Positions 40,195 through 52,890 of a stretch of 64,000 nucleotides of DNA are shown here, in pieces. The stretch is from Squalus acanthias (lineage: Eukaryota): contig CM059431.1 of the NCBI GenBank assembly GCA_030390025.1, positions 128,900,001-128,964,000 on the forward strand, read 5' to 3'. The first letter of the stretch is position 1. Each line of letters starts with the position of its first letter. The notes beneath the pieces are model-generated. The model ran no database searches and was not told where the DNA came from. It saw only the letters and a list, made by a program, of their open reading frames with translations. The translations under genes were made by a program, and so were the position numbers.

Positions 40195-42960
40195 AACTTT
40201 GATTGCCATCTTTTGTTTCTTAAACTATCCCATTACCATCTCCTTTTGCCTTGAATATCTCTTAATGTCTCTTAACCTCTCCTGCCTTCTATCCTATCAC
40301 AGACCTTCCCTTTTGTTCTTTCATCCCCAATGAGTGACCATAACATGGTTGAATTCCATATTCAATTAGAGGGTGAGAAGGTTGGATCTCAAACAAGCGT
40401 GCTAAGCTTGAATAAAGGAGACTATGAAGGTATGCGAGCGGAATTGAGTAGAGTGGATTGGGAAAATAGATTAAAGGGTAAGACGACACATGATCAGTGG
40501 TGTACATTCAAGGAGTTATTTTACAACTTCCAAAAAAAATATATTCCACTGAAAAGAAAAGGGTGTAAAAGAAAGGACAGTCATCCGTGGCTAAGTAAAG
40601 AAATTAAGGATAGTATTCGACTAAAAACAAGGGCATATAAGGTAGCGAAATCTAGTGGGAGGACAGAGGATTGGGAAAACTTTAAAAGGCAGCAAAAAAT
40701 AACAAAAAGATTGATTAAGAAAGGGAAGATAGATTATGAAAGTAAATTAGCAAAAAATATAAAAACAGATAGTAAGAGTTTTTATAGTTATATAAAAAGA
40801 AAAAGGGTGGCTAAAGTAAATGTTGGTCCCTTAGAGGATGAGACCGGGAAATTAATGGTGGGAAATATGGAGATGGCAAAAACACTGAATGAATATTTTG
40901 TATCAGTCTTTACAGTAGAGGACACTAAGAATATCCCAACACTGGACAAACAGGGGGCTATAGGGGGAGAGGAGCTAAACACGATCAAAATCACTAAGGA
41001 AGTGGTACTCGGTAAAATAATGGGACTCAAGGCGAATAAATCACCTGGACCTGATGGCTTACATCCTAGAGTCTTGAAGGAAGTGGCGGTAGGGATTGTA
41101 GATGCATTGTTAATAATTTTTCAAAACTCCCTGGATTCCGCTAAGGTCCCGGCAGACTGGAAAACTGCTAATGTAACACCCTTATTTAAAAAGGGCAGTA
41201 GACAGAAGGCTGGTAACTATAGACCGGTTAGCCTAACATCTGTGGTAGGTAAAATTTTGGAGTCCATTATTAAGGAAACAGTAACAGGACATTTGGATAA
41301 TCATAATTTAATAGGACAAAGTCAGCATGGTTTTACGAAGGGGAAGTCATGTTTGACAAATTTGCTGGAGTTCTTTGAGGAAGTAACATATAGAGTGGAT
41401 AAAGGGGAACCAGTGGACGTAGTGTATTTAGACTTCCAAAAGGCATTTGACAAGGTGCCACACAAAAGATTATTGCTTAAGGTAAAAAATCACGGGATTG
41501 GGGGTAATATTCTGGCATGGATAGAGGATTGGCTATCTAACAGAAAGCAAAGAGTTGGGATAAATGGTTCATTCTCAGACTGGCAATCAGTAACTAGTGG
41601 TGTTCCACAGGGGTCAGTGCTGGGTCCCCAACTCTTCACAATCTATATTAACGATTTGGAGGAAGGGACCAAGTGTAACATATCAAAATTTGCAGATGAT
41701 ACAAAGATGGGAGGGAAAGTAGTGAGTGAGGAGGACATAAAAAACCTGCAAGGGGACATAGACAGGCTAAGTAAGTGGGCAGAGATTTGGCAGATGGAAT
41801 ACAACACTGGAAAGTGTGAGGTGATGCACTTTGGCAGGAAAAATCCTAGAGCAATTTATTATCTTAATGGCAAGAAACTGGAGAGTACTGAAGTGCAAAG
41901 GGATCTGGGGGTCCTGGTGCACGAAACTCAAAAGGTTAGTATGCAGGTGCAGCAAGTGATTAAGAAGGCAAATGGAATGTTGGCTTTCATTGCTAGGGGG
42001 ATAGAATATAAAAATAGGGAGGTATTGCTTCAGTTGTACAAGGTATTGGTGAGACCGCACCTGGAATACTGCATACAGTTTTGGTGTCCTTACTTAAGGA
42101 AAGACATCCTTGCTCTCGAGGCAGTGCAAAAAAGGTTCACTCGGTTAATCCCGGGGATGAGGGGGTGGTCATATGAGGAGAGGTTGGGTAGATTGGGACT
42201 CTACTCATTGGAGTTCAGAAGAATGAGAGGCGATCTTATTGAAACATATAAGATTGTGAAGGGGTTGGATCGGGTGGATGCGGGGAGGATGTTCCCGATG
42301 ACGGGTGAGACGAGAACTAGGGGACATAGTCTTAGAATAAGGGGCTGCTCTTTCAAAACTGAGATGAGGAGGAACTACTTCACTCAGAGGGTGGTAGGTC
42401 CATGGAATATGCTGCCACAAAAAGCTGTAGAAGCTACAACATTAATTAAATTTAAAACAGAAATAGACAGTTTCCTAGAAGTAAAGGGCATTAAGGGTTA
42501 CGGGGAGCGGGCAGGAATTTGGACATGAATCTAGGTTCGGATCGGTCATGGCCCTGTGGGTAGTGGAGCGGGCCCAGGGACTGTGTAGCCTGATTCTGCT
42601 CCTATTTCGTGTGTGCAATTCTGTTAGATGCAGGAGATGGTTCTGTGATAGATAGTAGATTGGCGGTTAGGATCAGATCAGCCATGATCTTATTGAATGG
42701 CGGAGCAGGCTCGAGGGGCCGATTGGCCTACTCCTGCTCCTATTTCTTATGTTCTTATGTTCCCCTTTTCCCAGCCCCTACACTTGCTTAAAAATCTGTT
42801 CCATTTCCTGCTTTTTTCCAGTTCTGACGAAAGGTCATCGATCTGAAACGTTAACTCTGTTTCTCTCTTCACAGATGCTGCCTGACCTGTTGAGTATCTC
42901 CAGCATTTTCTGTTTTTATTTCAGATTTCCAGCATCTGCAGTATTTCCTTTTTGTATTAC
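40195..42960 (+). mobile_element. Penelope pLTR fragment split by the CR1 at 40329-42760; hammerhead core near 42823-42850
   Basis: Flanks match the reverse complement of 6520-6850; ctgacgaaaggtcatcgatctgaaacgttaac. Confidence 0.75.
40330..42528 (+). CDS. CR1 LINE ORF2 (end of APE plus complete RT), 5'-truncated but uninterrupted for 732 codons
   Basis: SDH, KSPGPDGLHP, NYRPVSLTS, QHGF, YLDFQKAFDKVPH, GVPQGSVLGP, FADD; 3' UTR to about 42760. Confidence 0.95.
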   Translation: MSDHNMVEFHIQLEGEKVGSQTSVLSLNKGDYEGMRAELSRVDWENRLKGKTTHDQWCTFKELFYNFQKKYIPLKRKGCKRKDSHPWLSKEIKDSIRLKTRAYKVAKSSGRTEDWENFKRQQKITKRLIKKGKIDYESKLAKNIKTDSKSFYSYIKRKRVAKVNVGPLEDETGKLMVGNMEMAKTLNEYFVSVFTVEDTKNIPTLDKQGAIGGEELNTIKITKEVVLGKIMGLKANKSPGPDGLHPRVLKEVAVGIVDALLIIFQNSLDSAKVPADWKTANVTPLFKKGSRQKAGNYRPVSLTSVVGKILESIIKETVTGHLDNHNLIGQSQHGFTKGKSCLTNLLEFFEEVTYRVDKGEPVDVVYLDFQKAFDKVPHKRLLLKVKNHGIGGNILAWIEDWLSNRKQRVGINGSFSDWQSVTSGVPQGSVLGPQLFTIYINDLEEGTKCNISKFADDTKMGGKVVSEEDIKNLQGDIDRLSKWAEIWQMEYNTGKCEVMHFGRKNPRAIYYLNGKKLESTEVQRDLGVLVHETQKVSMQVQQVIKKANGMLAFIARGIEYKNREVLLQLYKVLVRPHLEYCIQFWCPYLRKDILALEAVQKRFTRLIPGMRGWSYEERLGRLGLYSLEFRRMRGDLIETYKIVKGLDRVDAGRMFPMTGETRTRGHSLRIRGCSFKTEMRRNYFTQRVVGPWNMLPQKAVEATTLIKFKTEIDSFLEVKGIKGYGERAGIWT

Positions 42961-42999
42961 TTTAATTGCTATGTTGTGATGACCTTGTTTTGAGATAAT

Positions 43000-43562
43000 G
43001 GGGGGAATTTTCACAGGAAAAAATCGGTGGGTTGGAGGCGGGGGTGAAGTGAAAGTTGTAAAAATCTAAAACCCGACCCCAACCCGTCTCCAACCCACCC
43101 ACTTTCAACTTTTACTCAGGCGGGACGGGGGGCGGGCAGCCAACCCGCTGCCAGGAGGCGGGTTGGCATTTTAAATATTATAATGAGGCCTGTAGCCTCT
43201 GCTTTAACCTGCTATGCAGGTTTAACTGCAGGTGGCCGGGGATCCTGGGGCTCGAGATTCCTGGTAGCTGCAGCGAGCAATCCTTATGGGCCGGGAGGAG
43301 CAGGAGTGCTTCCTCCCGGCCCCACAAGCTCATCCACCAGCAACCTGCACCTCCCCGGGGTCAGGGAACGGACCTCTCACCCGGGATCAATCTCACCCCC
43401 CCCGGGGTCAGGGAACGAAACCCCCGTGATCGCGACTCCCCCTCCGGGGTCAGGGATCGGACCCGTCCAGGGTCGCGACTCCTCAGCGTGTCGGGAAACA
43501 CGGACTTCCAGGTTTCCCACGGACTACCGGGTCCCCTCGTGGGAAACGGGAAAATCCCAGCC
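43000..43562. mobile_element. Harbinger-type MITE
   Basis: ggggggaatttt...ggaaaatcccagcc ends; AAT TSD at 42997-42999 and 43563-43565. Confidence 0.75.
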
Positions 43563-44735
43563 AATGAGTACAAAACACTTCATGTTATACTCTCTGGGTA
43601 TGCAATTCTTTTAGGTTAAACATAACTTGAATTGTCCTCTGCTTGACATATTAGTGAAAAAAATTCATCCATTTTTGCAATAAGATTACTGGAAGGCCAG
43701 GTTTTTTGATCGTTGACACCTACATATTTTCTTCAAAACTAGCACTTAAATGCAGTAAACTAATGTACATATTAAGTGAAAAGTGATTCATTAATTGTAG
43801 ATTATTTATAAATGTTACTGGAATCCAATGATAGTTTAAATGGAGACGTGAATAATGCATAAGGAATAGAAGATTTTAATTTCAGTTCTGAATATGTATA
43901 AAGATTATAATATATTGTTTAATTTGGTTTAACTATTACAGAGCTCATTTTTTGAGAATAAGGAGCAATTTGTCCATAGCTCGAGAAAAACAGGAGAAAT
44001 GCCCAATGCTCACTAAAATTACCAATCTGACAAAATCATGGAACATCTACGTGACACAAATGAAGCATGGTTTATTTATTGGAGTCTTTCTTGCTGGTCA
44101 CAGAACACACAGGGTTAAAATTAAGTACTGGTAACAGACTATCAAATTGCAGAGAATATATATGTAATTGTCCAATGGATGATAGCTCATTTCAAAAGCA
44201 TTAATTTGCATCTATACATTGTGGAACAAAAACTAGTTTAATACGCTATTGTCCTTTGAGTGCAAGGTCAAATTGTGTTCAACAGCTTCCAAGGTAACTG
44301 TCTGGTTAATTGTAAATGTCCTACAATTATAAATTTTGAGCTTCAAAGGGTTCTAGAGATTTCCCTGCCATCAAACCATCTTTGTATTTGACATCCTATA
44401 TGTCTTTTTAAGATATCTGGTGGACAGTCAGTTTTTATTTGGAAAATTGCCCCTTGCTTATATTCTGAAATAAGCTGGCCCTGAAATTTGGAGGGGTTCT
44501 GCGGGTCTCCTGCCACAACCCAGCGGGTGACTGGCAAACCACCATGGAAATCATTAATGCCAATTTCCTGGGGATTCCACTGGCCTCCGCTCAGAGTTAC
44601 AGCTGGAGACTATTAGAACCTTCATAGAATTTAAGAGCTGTTAAATCAGGAGAAAAAAAATCGGAGTAATAGTTGATAAAACATAAAAACCATTATTACC
44701 AAGAACAACAGTATAAGAAAGAATTTTTTAAAATT

Positions 44736-47700
44736 TCGTTCTGGAATGTAGGTGTCGCTGGCAAGGACAGAATTTATTGCCCATCCCTAATTGCCCTTGA
44801 GAAGGTGGTGGTGAGTCGCCTTCTTGAATGGCTGCAGTCCTTGTGAAGGTACTCTCACAGTGCTGTTAGGTAGGAAGTTCCAGGATTTTTACCCAGCGAC
44901 GATGAAGGAACGGCGATATATTTCCAAGTCAGGCTGGTGTGTAACTTGGAGGGGAACTTGCAGGTGAGGGTGTTCCTATGCGCCTGATGCCCTTGTCCTT
45001 CTAGGTGGTAGAGATCACGGGTTTGGGAGGTGCTGCCGAGAAGCCTTGGTGAGTTGCTGCAGTACATCTTATAGATGGTACACACTGCAGACACGGTGCG
45101 CCGGTGGTGGAGGGTGTGAATGCTTAAGGTGGTGGATGGGGTGCCAATCAAGCGGGCTGCTTTGTCCTAGATGGTGTCGAGCTTCTTGAGTGTTGTTGGA
45201 GCTGCACTCATCCAGGCAAGTGGAGAGTATTCCATCACACTCCTGACTTGTGCCTTGTGGTGCAAAGGCTTTGGGGAGTCAGGAGGTTAGACACTCGCTA
45301 CAGAATACCCAGCTTCTGACCTGCTCTTGTCACCACATTATTTATGTGGCTGGTCCAGTTAAGTTTCTGGTCAATGGTGACCTCCAGTATGTTGATGGTG
45401 GGGGATTTGGCGATGGTAATGCCGTTGAATGTCAAGGGGAGGTGGTTAGACTCTCGCTTGTTGGAGATAGTCATTGCCTGGCACTTGTGTGGCACAAATG
45501 TTACTTGCCACTTATCAGCCCAAGCCTGAACGTCGTCCCGGTCTTGCTGCATGCGGGCATGGACTGCTTCATTTTCTGAGGAGCTGCGAATGGAACTGAA
45601 CACTGTGCAATCATCAGCGAACATCACCACTTCTGACCTTATGATGGAGGGAAGGTCATTGATGTAGCAGCTGAAGATGGTTGGGACTGGGACACTGCCC
45701 CAAGGAACTCCTACAGCAATGTTCTGGAGCTGAGATGATTGAACTCCAACAACTACAGCCATCTTCCTTTGTGCTAGATATGACTCCAGACAGTGGAGAG
45801 TTTTCCCTCTGATTCCCATTGACTTCAGTTTTACTAGGCCTACTTGATGCCACACTCGGTCAAATGCTGCCTTGATGTCAAGGGCAGTCACTCTCACCTC
45901 ACCTCTGGAATTCAGCTCTTTTGTCCATGTTTGAACCAAGGCTGTAATGAGGTCTGGAGCTGAGTGGTCTTGGCAGAACCCAAACTGAGCATCAGTGAGC
46001 AGGTTCTTGGTGAGTAAGTGCCGCTTGATAGCACTGTCGATGACACCTTCCATCACTTTGCTGATGATTGAGAGTAGACTGTTGGGGCAGTAATTGGCCA
46101 GATTGGATTTGTCCTGGTTTTGTGGACAGGACATACCTGGGCAGTTTTCCACATTGTCGGGTAGATGCCAGTGTTCTAGCTGTACTGGAACAGCTTGGCT
46201 AGAGGCGCAACTAGTTCTGGAGTACAAGTCTTCGGCAAGACAGCCGGGATGTTGTCGGGGCCCATAGCCTTTGCTGTATCCAGTGCGCTTCAGCCGTTTC
46301 TTGATATCACGTGGAGTGAATCGAATTGGCTGAATACTGGCTTCTGTGATGGTGGGGCCCTTAGGAGGAGGCCAATATTGATCATCCACTTGGGAATTCT
46401 GGCTGAAGATGGTTGCAAACGCTTCAGCCTTGTCTTTTGCACTCGCGTGCTGGGCTCCGCCATCATTGAGGATGGGGATATTCATGAAGCCTCCTCCTTC
46501 CATTAGTTGTTTAATTGTTCATCACCATTCACGACTGGATGTGGCAGGACTGCAGAACTTTGATCTATCCGTTGATTATGGGATCGCTTAGCTCTGTCTA
46601 TAGCATGCTGCTTCCGCTGTTTAGCATGCATGTAGTTCTGCGTTGCAGCTCCCCCAGGTTGGCACCTCATTTTTAGGTACGCCTGGTGCTGCTCCTGGCA
46701 TGCTGTTGTGCACTCCTCATCGAACCAGAGTTGGTCCCCTGTCTTGATGGTAAAGGTAGAATGAGGTATATGCTGGGCCATGAGGTTACAGATTGTAGTG
46801 GAATACAGTTCTGCTGCTGCTAATGGCCCACAGCACTTCATGGATGCCCAGTCTTGAGCTGCTAGATCTGTTCTGAATCTATCCCCTTGAGTACGGTAGT
46901 AGTGCCACACAACACGATGAAGGGTGTCCTCAGCGTGAAGATGGCTCTTCGTCTCCACAAGGACTGTTCGGTGGTCACTGCTAACAATGATGTCATGGAC
47001 AGATGCATCTGTGACAGGTAGATTGGTGAGAACGAGGCCAAGTAGGTTTTTCCTTCGTGTTGGTACTCTAACCACCTGCCGCTGGCCCAGTCTGGCAGCT
47101 ATGTCCTTCAGGACTTGTCCAGCTCGGTCAGTAGTGGTGTTACCGAGCCACTCTTGGTGATGGACATTGAAATCCCCCACCCAGAAGTACATTATGTGCC
47201 CTTGCTACTCTCAGTACTTCTTCCAAGTGGTGTTCAACATGGAGGAGTACTGATTCATCAGCTGAGGGAGAGCGGTAGGTGGTAATCAGCAGGAGATTTC
47301 CTTGCCCATGTTTGACCTGATGCCATGACACTTCATGGGGTCTGGAGTCAATGTTGCGGTCCCCTAGGGCCACTCCCTCCCTACTGTATACCACTGTGCC
47401 GCCACCCCTGGTGGGTCTGTCCTGCCGATGGGATAGGGATGGTGATGGAACATTGGCCGAAATGTATGATTCTGTCAGTATGACTATGTCAGGCTGTTGC
47501 TTGATTAGTCTGTGTGACAGCTCTTCCAATTTTGAGACAAGTCCTCAGATGTTAGTGAGGAGGACTTTGCAGCATCGACTGGGCTGGGTGTGCCGTTGTC
47601 GTGTCCGAAGCTGGTGCCTAGGTCGATGCCGGGTGGTCCGTCCAGTTTTATTCTTATTATTGTTTCTCGTAGCTGTTTGTTACAACTAAGTGGCAGTTAA

Positions 47701-47980
47701 GAGTCAACCACATTGCTTTGGGTCTGGAGTCACATATAGGCCAGGTAAGGATGGCAGATTTCCTTCCCTAAAAGAAATTAGTGAACCAGATGGGTTGTTA
47801 CGACAATCCGATACTTTCATGGTCATCATTACTGATACTACCTTTTATTCCAGATTTATTTAATTTACTGAATTGAAATTCCCCAGCTGCCATAGTGGGA
47901 TTTGAACTCACGTCTCCGGATCATTAGTCCAGGCTTCTGGATTACTAGTCCAGTAATGTAACCAATTTGCTACCATTCCC
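44736..47980 (-). mobile_element. Near-full-length single-ORF LINE (APE-RT, frameshifted) with a tRNA-like 5' head
   Basis: PDIVILTESY, GDFNVHH, SSDH, ALDIKAAFDRVWH, MFADD; TSD taaaatt at 44729-44735 and 47981-47987; A/B-box-like head at about 47890-47980. Confidence 0.85.
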
Positions 47981-48049
47981 TAAAATTGAATCAGGAAAAA
48001 TCATGTGAAATGTTTGTGTTTGGGCATAGGGAGCACAATCTTGAAACTT

Positions 48050-50582
48050 GCTTCTGACACAAAGCCAAGAGGTTTGTCAAATAGGGAGGAGGACTAAAAA
48101 AGACTTCCGGAAGATATAGGTTAGTGAAATGGACAGATCGGTGTGAAATGCATTTTAATGTGCATACGTGTGAGGTAATACATTTTCGGAAGAAACAATG
48201 TGTGGAATTATTGTAAGGGGTTCGGTCCTAGGTGCTTGTGCGGGGTTAGGCCTTCATTGCCTAATACTATTGCTTGCTCTGGTCTCCGGCCAGCCTTGTT
48301 GCAATAAGCACCTGTGAGTGGTTCGACCCACTCGCCCTTACGGTTCTAACACTGGACTTAGGTGCGAGAGCAGTAATGCAGAGAAAACTCAAATAGACCC
48401 GGTTGAATAGTATGAAATGGAAATCTTTATTGCATAACGTCCAAAATCATGAAGTACATGCCACAGGCACAAATTAACGATAGTACAAGTATACATACAT
48501 TCATAAAGCTTGGTCTATGGTAATGAAGAACGCACGGCACATTGTGCAAAGGGGAACACATTATACTTTATCCTTAATAAAACCACCCTCCCCTATCAAT
48601 ACCTACACTACGTCTAGATTTGTAGGATCGGGAAACATGCTCACCACTCGTGATACTTCGGAGAATTTTAAAGTAAGGCACTCGGCTCGTTTCGCTGCAG
48701 TTCTTTCTTGTATTTTCGGGCGCGGTCGGGGTTTACTGACCGTGGCAGTACGTGGATTCTTCTCCTCTTCTTCTCGTCTCGTCTCATCTCGTCTCTTCGG
48801 GCCTTCGGGTCCAGACACCGTTTACCGACTCTCGGGATGGTGCACCCGGTCACTGGCCTTCGTCGAGGCGGCTCGTTCCGTTCGAGCTCCACCCAACATA
48901 GTCAACAGAGTCCAGAGAAAAACAGAAAGCTGCTCGTCCAGCAGAGCGATACCCGAGGATCAGAATAGGAGAATAAAAGTTCAGCAGTCATCAGCGAGAT
49001 AAAACAGTCAAGAGTTTAGCCCGAGTCAAGAGTCAGCAGAGATATGAGTCGAATCCAGAGAATAAGCCCTCGATGGACATTTGTTCACTATAGTTATAGT
49101 GCTGTGTTCCCTTATCTCCCGCTCAAATCTTAATGTTTGTCCTTTGTGTAATACTGGTGCACAAAACTCCCAGCATGGGGCAATTCTTTCCTTTAATGGG
49201 TATTGGTAGCACCTGAAACTGGCCAACTATCCGTTAATGTTTTCCCCATTGTCGAACCGGCTGGGAGTCTCCCTGACTGGTTTTGGGGCCTCCTCGAATA
49301 CTGATATGTGTATTGCTGTGTCTGGATGGGCCTTCGATTGCCCAGTCCAATGGTCCTTACTTGTGCATGGAAAACGATTCCAGCACTTATATCTTTGCTA
49401 TTGTCACAAATGCAAACAGGTTGCATCCTGTCTTTATCAATGTTTGCTGAGTATTATCCAATCTTATACTGAAATGTTTATTCGAACGCCATCTTGTCTG
49501 CCCACTGTATTCTGGAAGCTTCTGCCACGATGCTCGGCGGCCATTTTACAGGCTTCTGTGTCCTTTATATCATGACAGCATTTCGTTTAAATAAACTGAT
49601 CAAACGAATCTGCTTCTATCTTGTTATTTCGAATCGCGATAATTGCGAAACTTTACATTATACACTCAATGGAGAGATGATAAAGGGTGTAGATGAAAAG
49701 GAGGACCAAATTTATAATTCCCTGAAATTGCGAGTACAGGTAGATAACGCCACAAAAAGACGAATAACATTTTTGGTTTTGAATAGAGGCGTAGGGAGTG
49801 AAATTGCCAGTATTACGGAATGTGCTGATAGCGAGTTGCCAGCCCATTTTACACCATCCCTGATTTTCTTTTCCTTTGAAGCCAATGAAATAGAAAATCG
49901 TGCGCTGTGTAAAACAGGCTGGTGATTTGCTATGAGTATGTTTCGATCTACTAGCGAAGACCAATTTCACCACCAATAGAGTACAAAAGTAAAGAGGTGA
50001 TGATAAATTTGTACAAAATATTAGTTAGGTCACAGTTCAAGTACTATGTGCAATTTTGGGCACCCCATTATAGAAAGGACATTAAGGCTATAGAGCGCGT
50101 ACAATGTAGGTTCACCGTGGTGATACCATGGATCGTAAACTAGAGTTAAAAGGAGATATTTGAGATACTGGGTCTATTTCCCAGCAAGTAATTTTCCATT
50201 GCACTGGAACATTTTCCAAGATTCATAGTAAAATAAATTTAAAAGAAATATAATAGATGTTTTTTTAAATTCTGAAAGGTTTTGAGAGAGTGAATATGGA
50301 ATGATTTTTTCCTCTGGTTGGGAAGTCAGTGACAAGGGGTCATCAATTTAAAATTCTCACTTAAAGCGTGAGGACAGAGGTTAGGAGATATTTCTTTAAG
50401 CGGTGGATTATTGGGACTAGGAATGCTTTGCCACAGGCAATATTTGAGGCAGAGGCCGTTGCACCTTTTAAGAGAAATTGGATAAATATTTGAAGCAGAG
50501 GAAGATAGAGGGCTATGGTAAGAGAGCAAGGCAATGGAATTAGTTGTGTATTGCTCTAGCAAAGAGCCAGCACAGACACAGT
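48050..50582 (+). mobile_element. Old CR1 3' fragment interrupted by a solo LTR
   Basis: CEVIHFRK before the LTR and YTLNGE after it; YYVQFWAPHYRKDI and a decayed C-terminus. Confidence 0.7.
48212..49657 (-). mobile_element. Solo LTR (about 1.45 kb, diverged subfamily)
   Basis: TGTAAG...TTACA termini; 4-bp TSD TTAT (48208-48211, 49658-49661); shares blocks with 20359-22036. Confidence 0.9.
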
Positions 50583-51597
50583 GGGGTAGAAATTGCTATG
50601 GGTTACACCCGTTTTTTGGGCCTAAGGGTGGAAGATGCCTGTGCGTGAATTCTTTTATCGTGGGGTGGCCGTTGCACACCAGCTACCACACAGGCTTGAC
50701 AGAGCAAGGTCTTGGTCCAATGACAAGGGGATCCAAGACGATTGGAGACCAGGCTCTGCTACATCGGCCTAGCACACACACACAAACATACTCCTACTGT
50801 CCTTCTCCCTCTTTCCCGCAGGTCCTCTCTGCCTGGGTTTCATAGGATGCAGTGTGGTCCTCCCGACCTCACTGTTGGCCCATGCTGCATCTTCCCTGGG
50901 CCCACGCTGCGTCACTCCTGGGCCTCGACCTCGCTGCTGGGCTCATCCTCAGTCCTGGGCACCGTCCTCGCTCCTGGATCCCGTCCTCCCTCCTGGGTCC
51001 CGACCTCGCTGCTCCTCCCATCCCTGCTCCTGAGCCTCGACCTCGCTCCTGGGCCTCGTCCTCGCTCCTGGGCCCCGTCCTCGCCCCTGGGCCTCATGCT
51101 CACCCCTGGGTCCCGACCTCGCTCCTGGGCCTCGTCCTCGCTCCTGGATCCTGTCCTCGCTCCTGGGTCCCAACCTCGCTGCTCCTCCCATCCCTGCTCC
51201 TGAGCCTCGATCTCGCTCCTGGGCCTTGTCCTCACTCCTGGGCCTCGTCCTCGCTCCTGGGCCTTGTCCTCGCTCCTGGGTCCCGGCCTCACTTCTCCTC
51301 CCGATCGTCAGCGTGGGCCACTCGCCGCTCCCGAGCCGCTGCCCGCTTTCTTCACAAGGCTGAGATGAATTAAACAAAGTGTTTTACATTCCTGTTCGGT
51401 GCCAGCGCCCCGCGCTCGCCGCCCGCCGCCATCTTCTGTGACCCGTTTTTTGGGCCTAAAGTGGGCTCACATCAAACCAATTTAGCAGTGGGGTTTCCTG
51501 TCTCCAATCCGTGCAGGTGTGGCCCCACTACTAAATTTGTGGGAACCATTTTTTAGGTGTCCATCCAGAAGGCGCAATGCATACAAATTTCTACCCC
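50583..51597. mobile_element. Harbinger-type non-autonomous element containing a GC-rich minisatellite
   Basis: Perfect 12-bp TIR ggggtagaaatt / aatttctacccc, identical to the left TIR of 1999-6254; no matching TSD. Confidence 0.7.
50915..51290 (+). repeat. Degenerate GC-rich minisatellite (cctcgctcctggg-based units)
   Basis: Direct reading of repeated ctcgtcctcgctcctgggc units. Confidence 0.9.
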
Positions 51598-52439
51598 TTC
51601 ACGTGGTCATGGAAAATTTTCAAATTCCAATTTGTTGTTTTATTTGACCGACATTGAAAAAATAAATAGAATTTGAAAACCACGATTAAATACAATTTTT
51701 AACAAAATAAAATGCTGGTGCAGGTGACACATCTCCTAGCCTGGCTTTTGATCGGTTCCACCTGATTTATAGGTATAAAATGGACAGGTCCAATCAAAAA
51801 ATTGGGCAAAGTTCTGTTATGCCACAACCTCCACCCATTTTATTGCCCATCCCATTTTCTTCCGTCATTTCTGGTCCCATGCTAATGAGGCAAAAACATT
51901 TCTGTAATTTATGCTTTTTCCCCTTCTCACTAGACAAACATCCATAGTTGCTGGATACCAGGGAGATGATGCAATAGAATTTAAAGAGTCTAGCACAAAC
52001 ATTGATAACATCAGTTTAAAACTTTTTTTTTACTCAGTTTTGAGTTTTTTTCAGCTTTTTGCTGTTGCCGATTGCTTTGCCATCTGCTTTTGTGCCATTT
52101 ACTGTGAGACTGACATTCACCCCCCCAATACCACCATCTCACACTGAGCACAATAGATTTCCATTGGGTACTCCACTGTATCTTTAATCACGAATTTCCT
52201 TGGAGCTTCCCTCACTCTACCACCATAACCTGCCAGAAGTTCGAATTAAACCCTGTTTTTGAACGCACATTGGGTTTCCGATGTTGATATGACAGCAGAT
52301 TGGGAGAAGCACTGAGGAAATTCCTGGCATTTATTTTTTGAAAGAAGAGGAGAAAGAATTGAGGGATGTTAGGCTGGTTAGGCAGCATCAGAGGTGCACT
52401 GCGCCCTGCTGCTGGGACCCACACACCGAAAATGCAGGC

Positions 52440-52890
52440 AGAGGTGAATATACCTATACTTGATAGAAGAGCAGTGCTTGTGGAGGCCTTGCTTTACCAA
52501 GGAAGCTGTCACTTAGTTACACCACAGGCCATGAGTGGACCTACAGCCCATCTTCCATTGCCTGTTAAGGTCACAATCATCCTTAGCTTTTATGCTACAG
52601 GTCATTTCAGACAGCCACAGGGGCATCAATAACATCTGCCAATTCAGCTGTGCACAAAAGCATTAAGTATGTCATGAATGGATTGTTTGCTGGAGCAAGC
52701 AATTTTGTCTCCTTCCCCACTGACAATCAGTGACAGCATGACAGAGCACTACAATTCTGCAAAGTAACAGGATTCCCAAAGGTCCAAGCAGTCATAGATT
52801 GCACCCATGTGGCCATATTTGCCCTCTTGCTCAATGCCATTACCTACATCAATAGGAAAAGATTGTACTCTCTCAAATTGCCCCTTTTTC
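52440..52890 (+). pseudogene. Decayed HARBI1-like transposase fragment
   Basis: LPVKVTIILSFYATG, GFPKVQAVIDCTHVAI, YINRKRLYSL. Confidence 0.75.

Noticed and set aside
50742..51377. Several overlapping 126-173 aa ORFs
   Set aside because: Products of a stop-free GC-rich minisatellite
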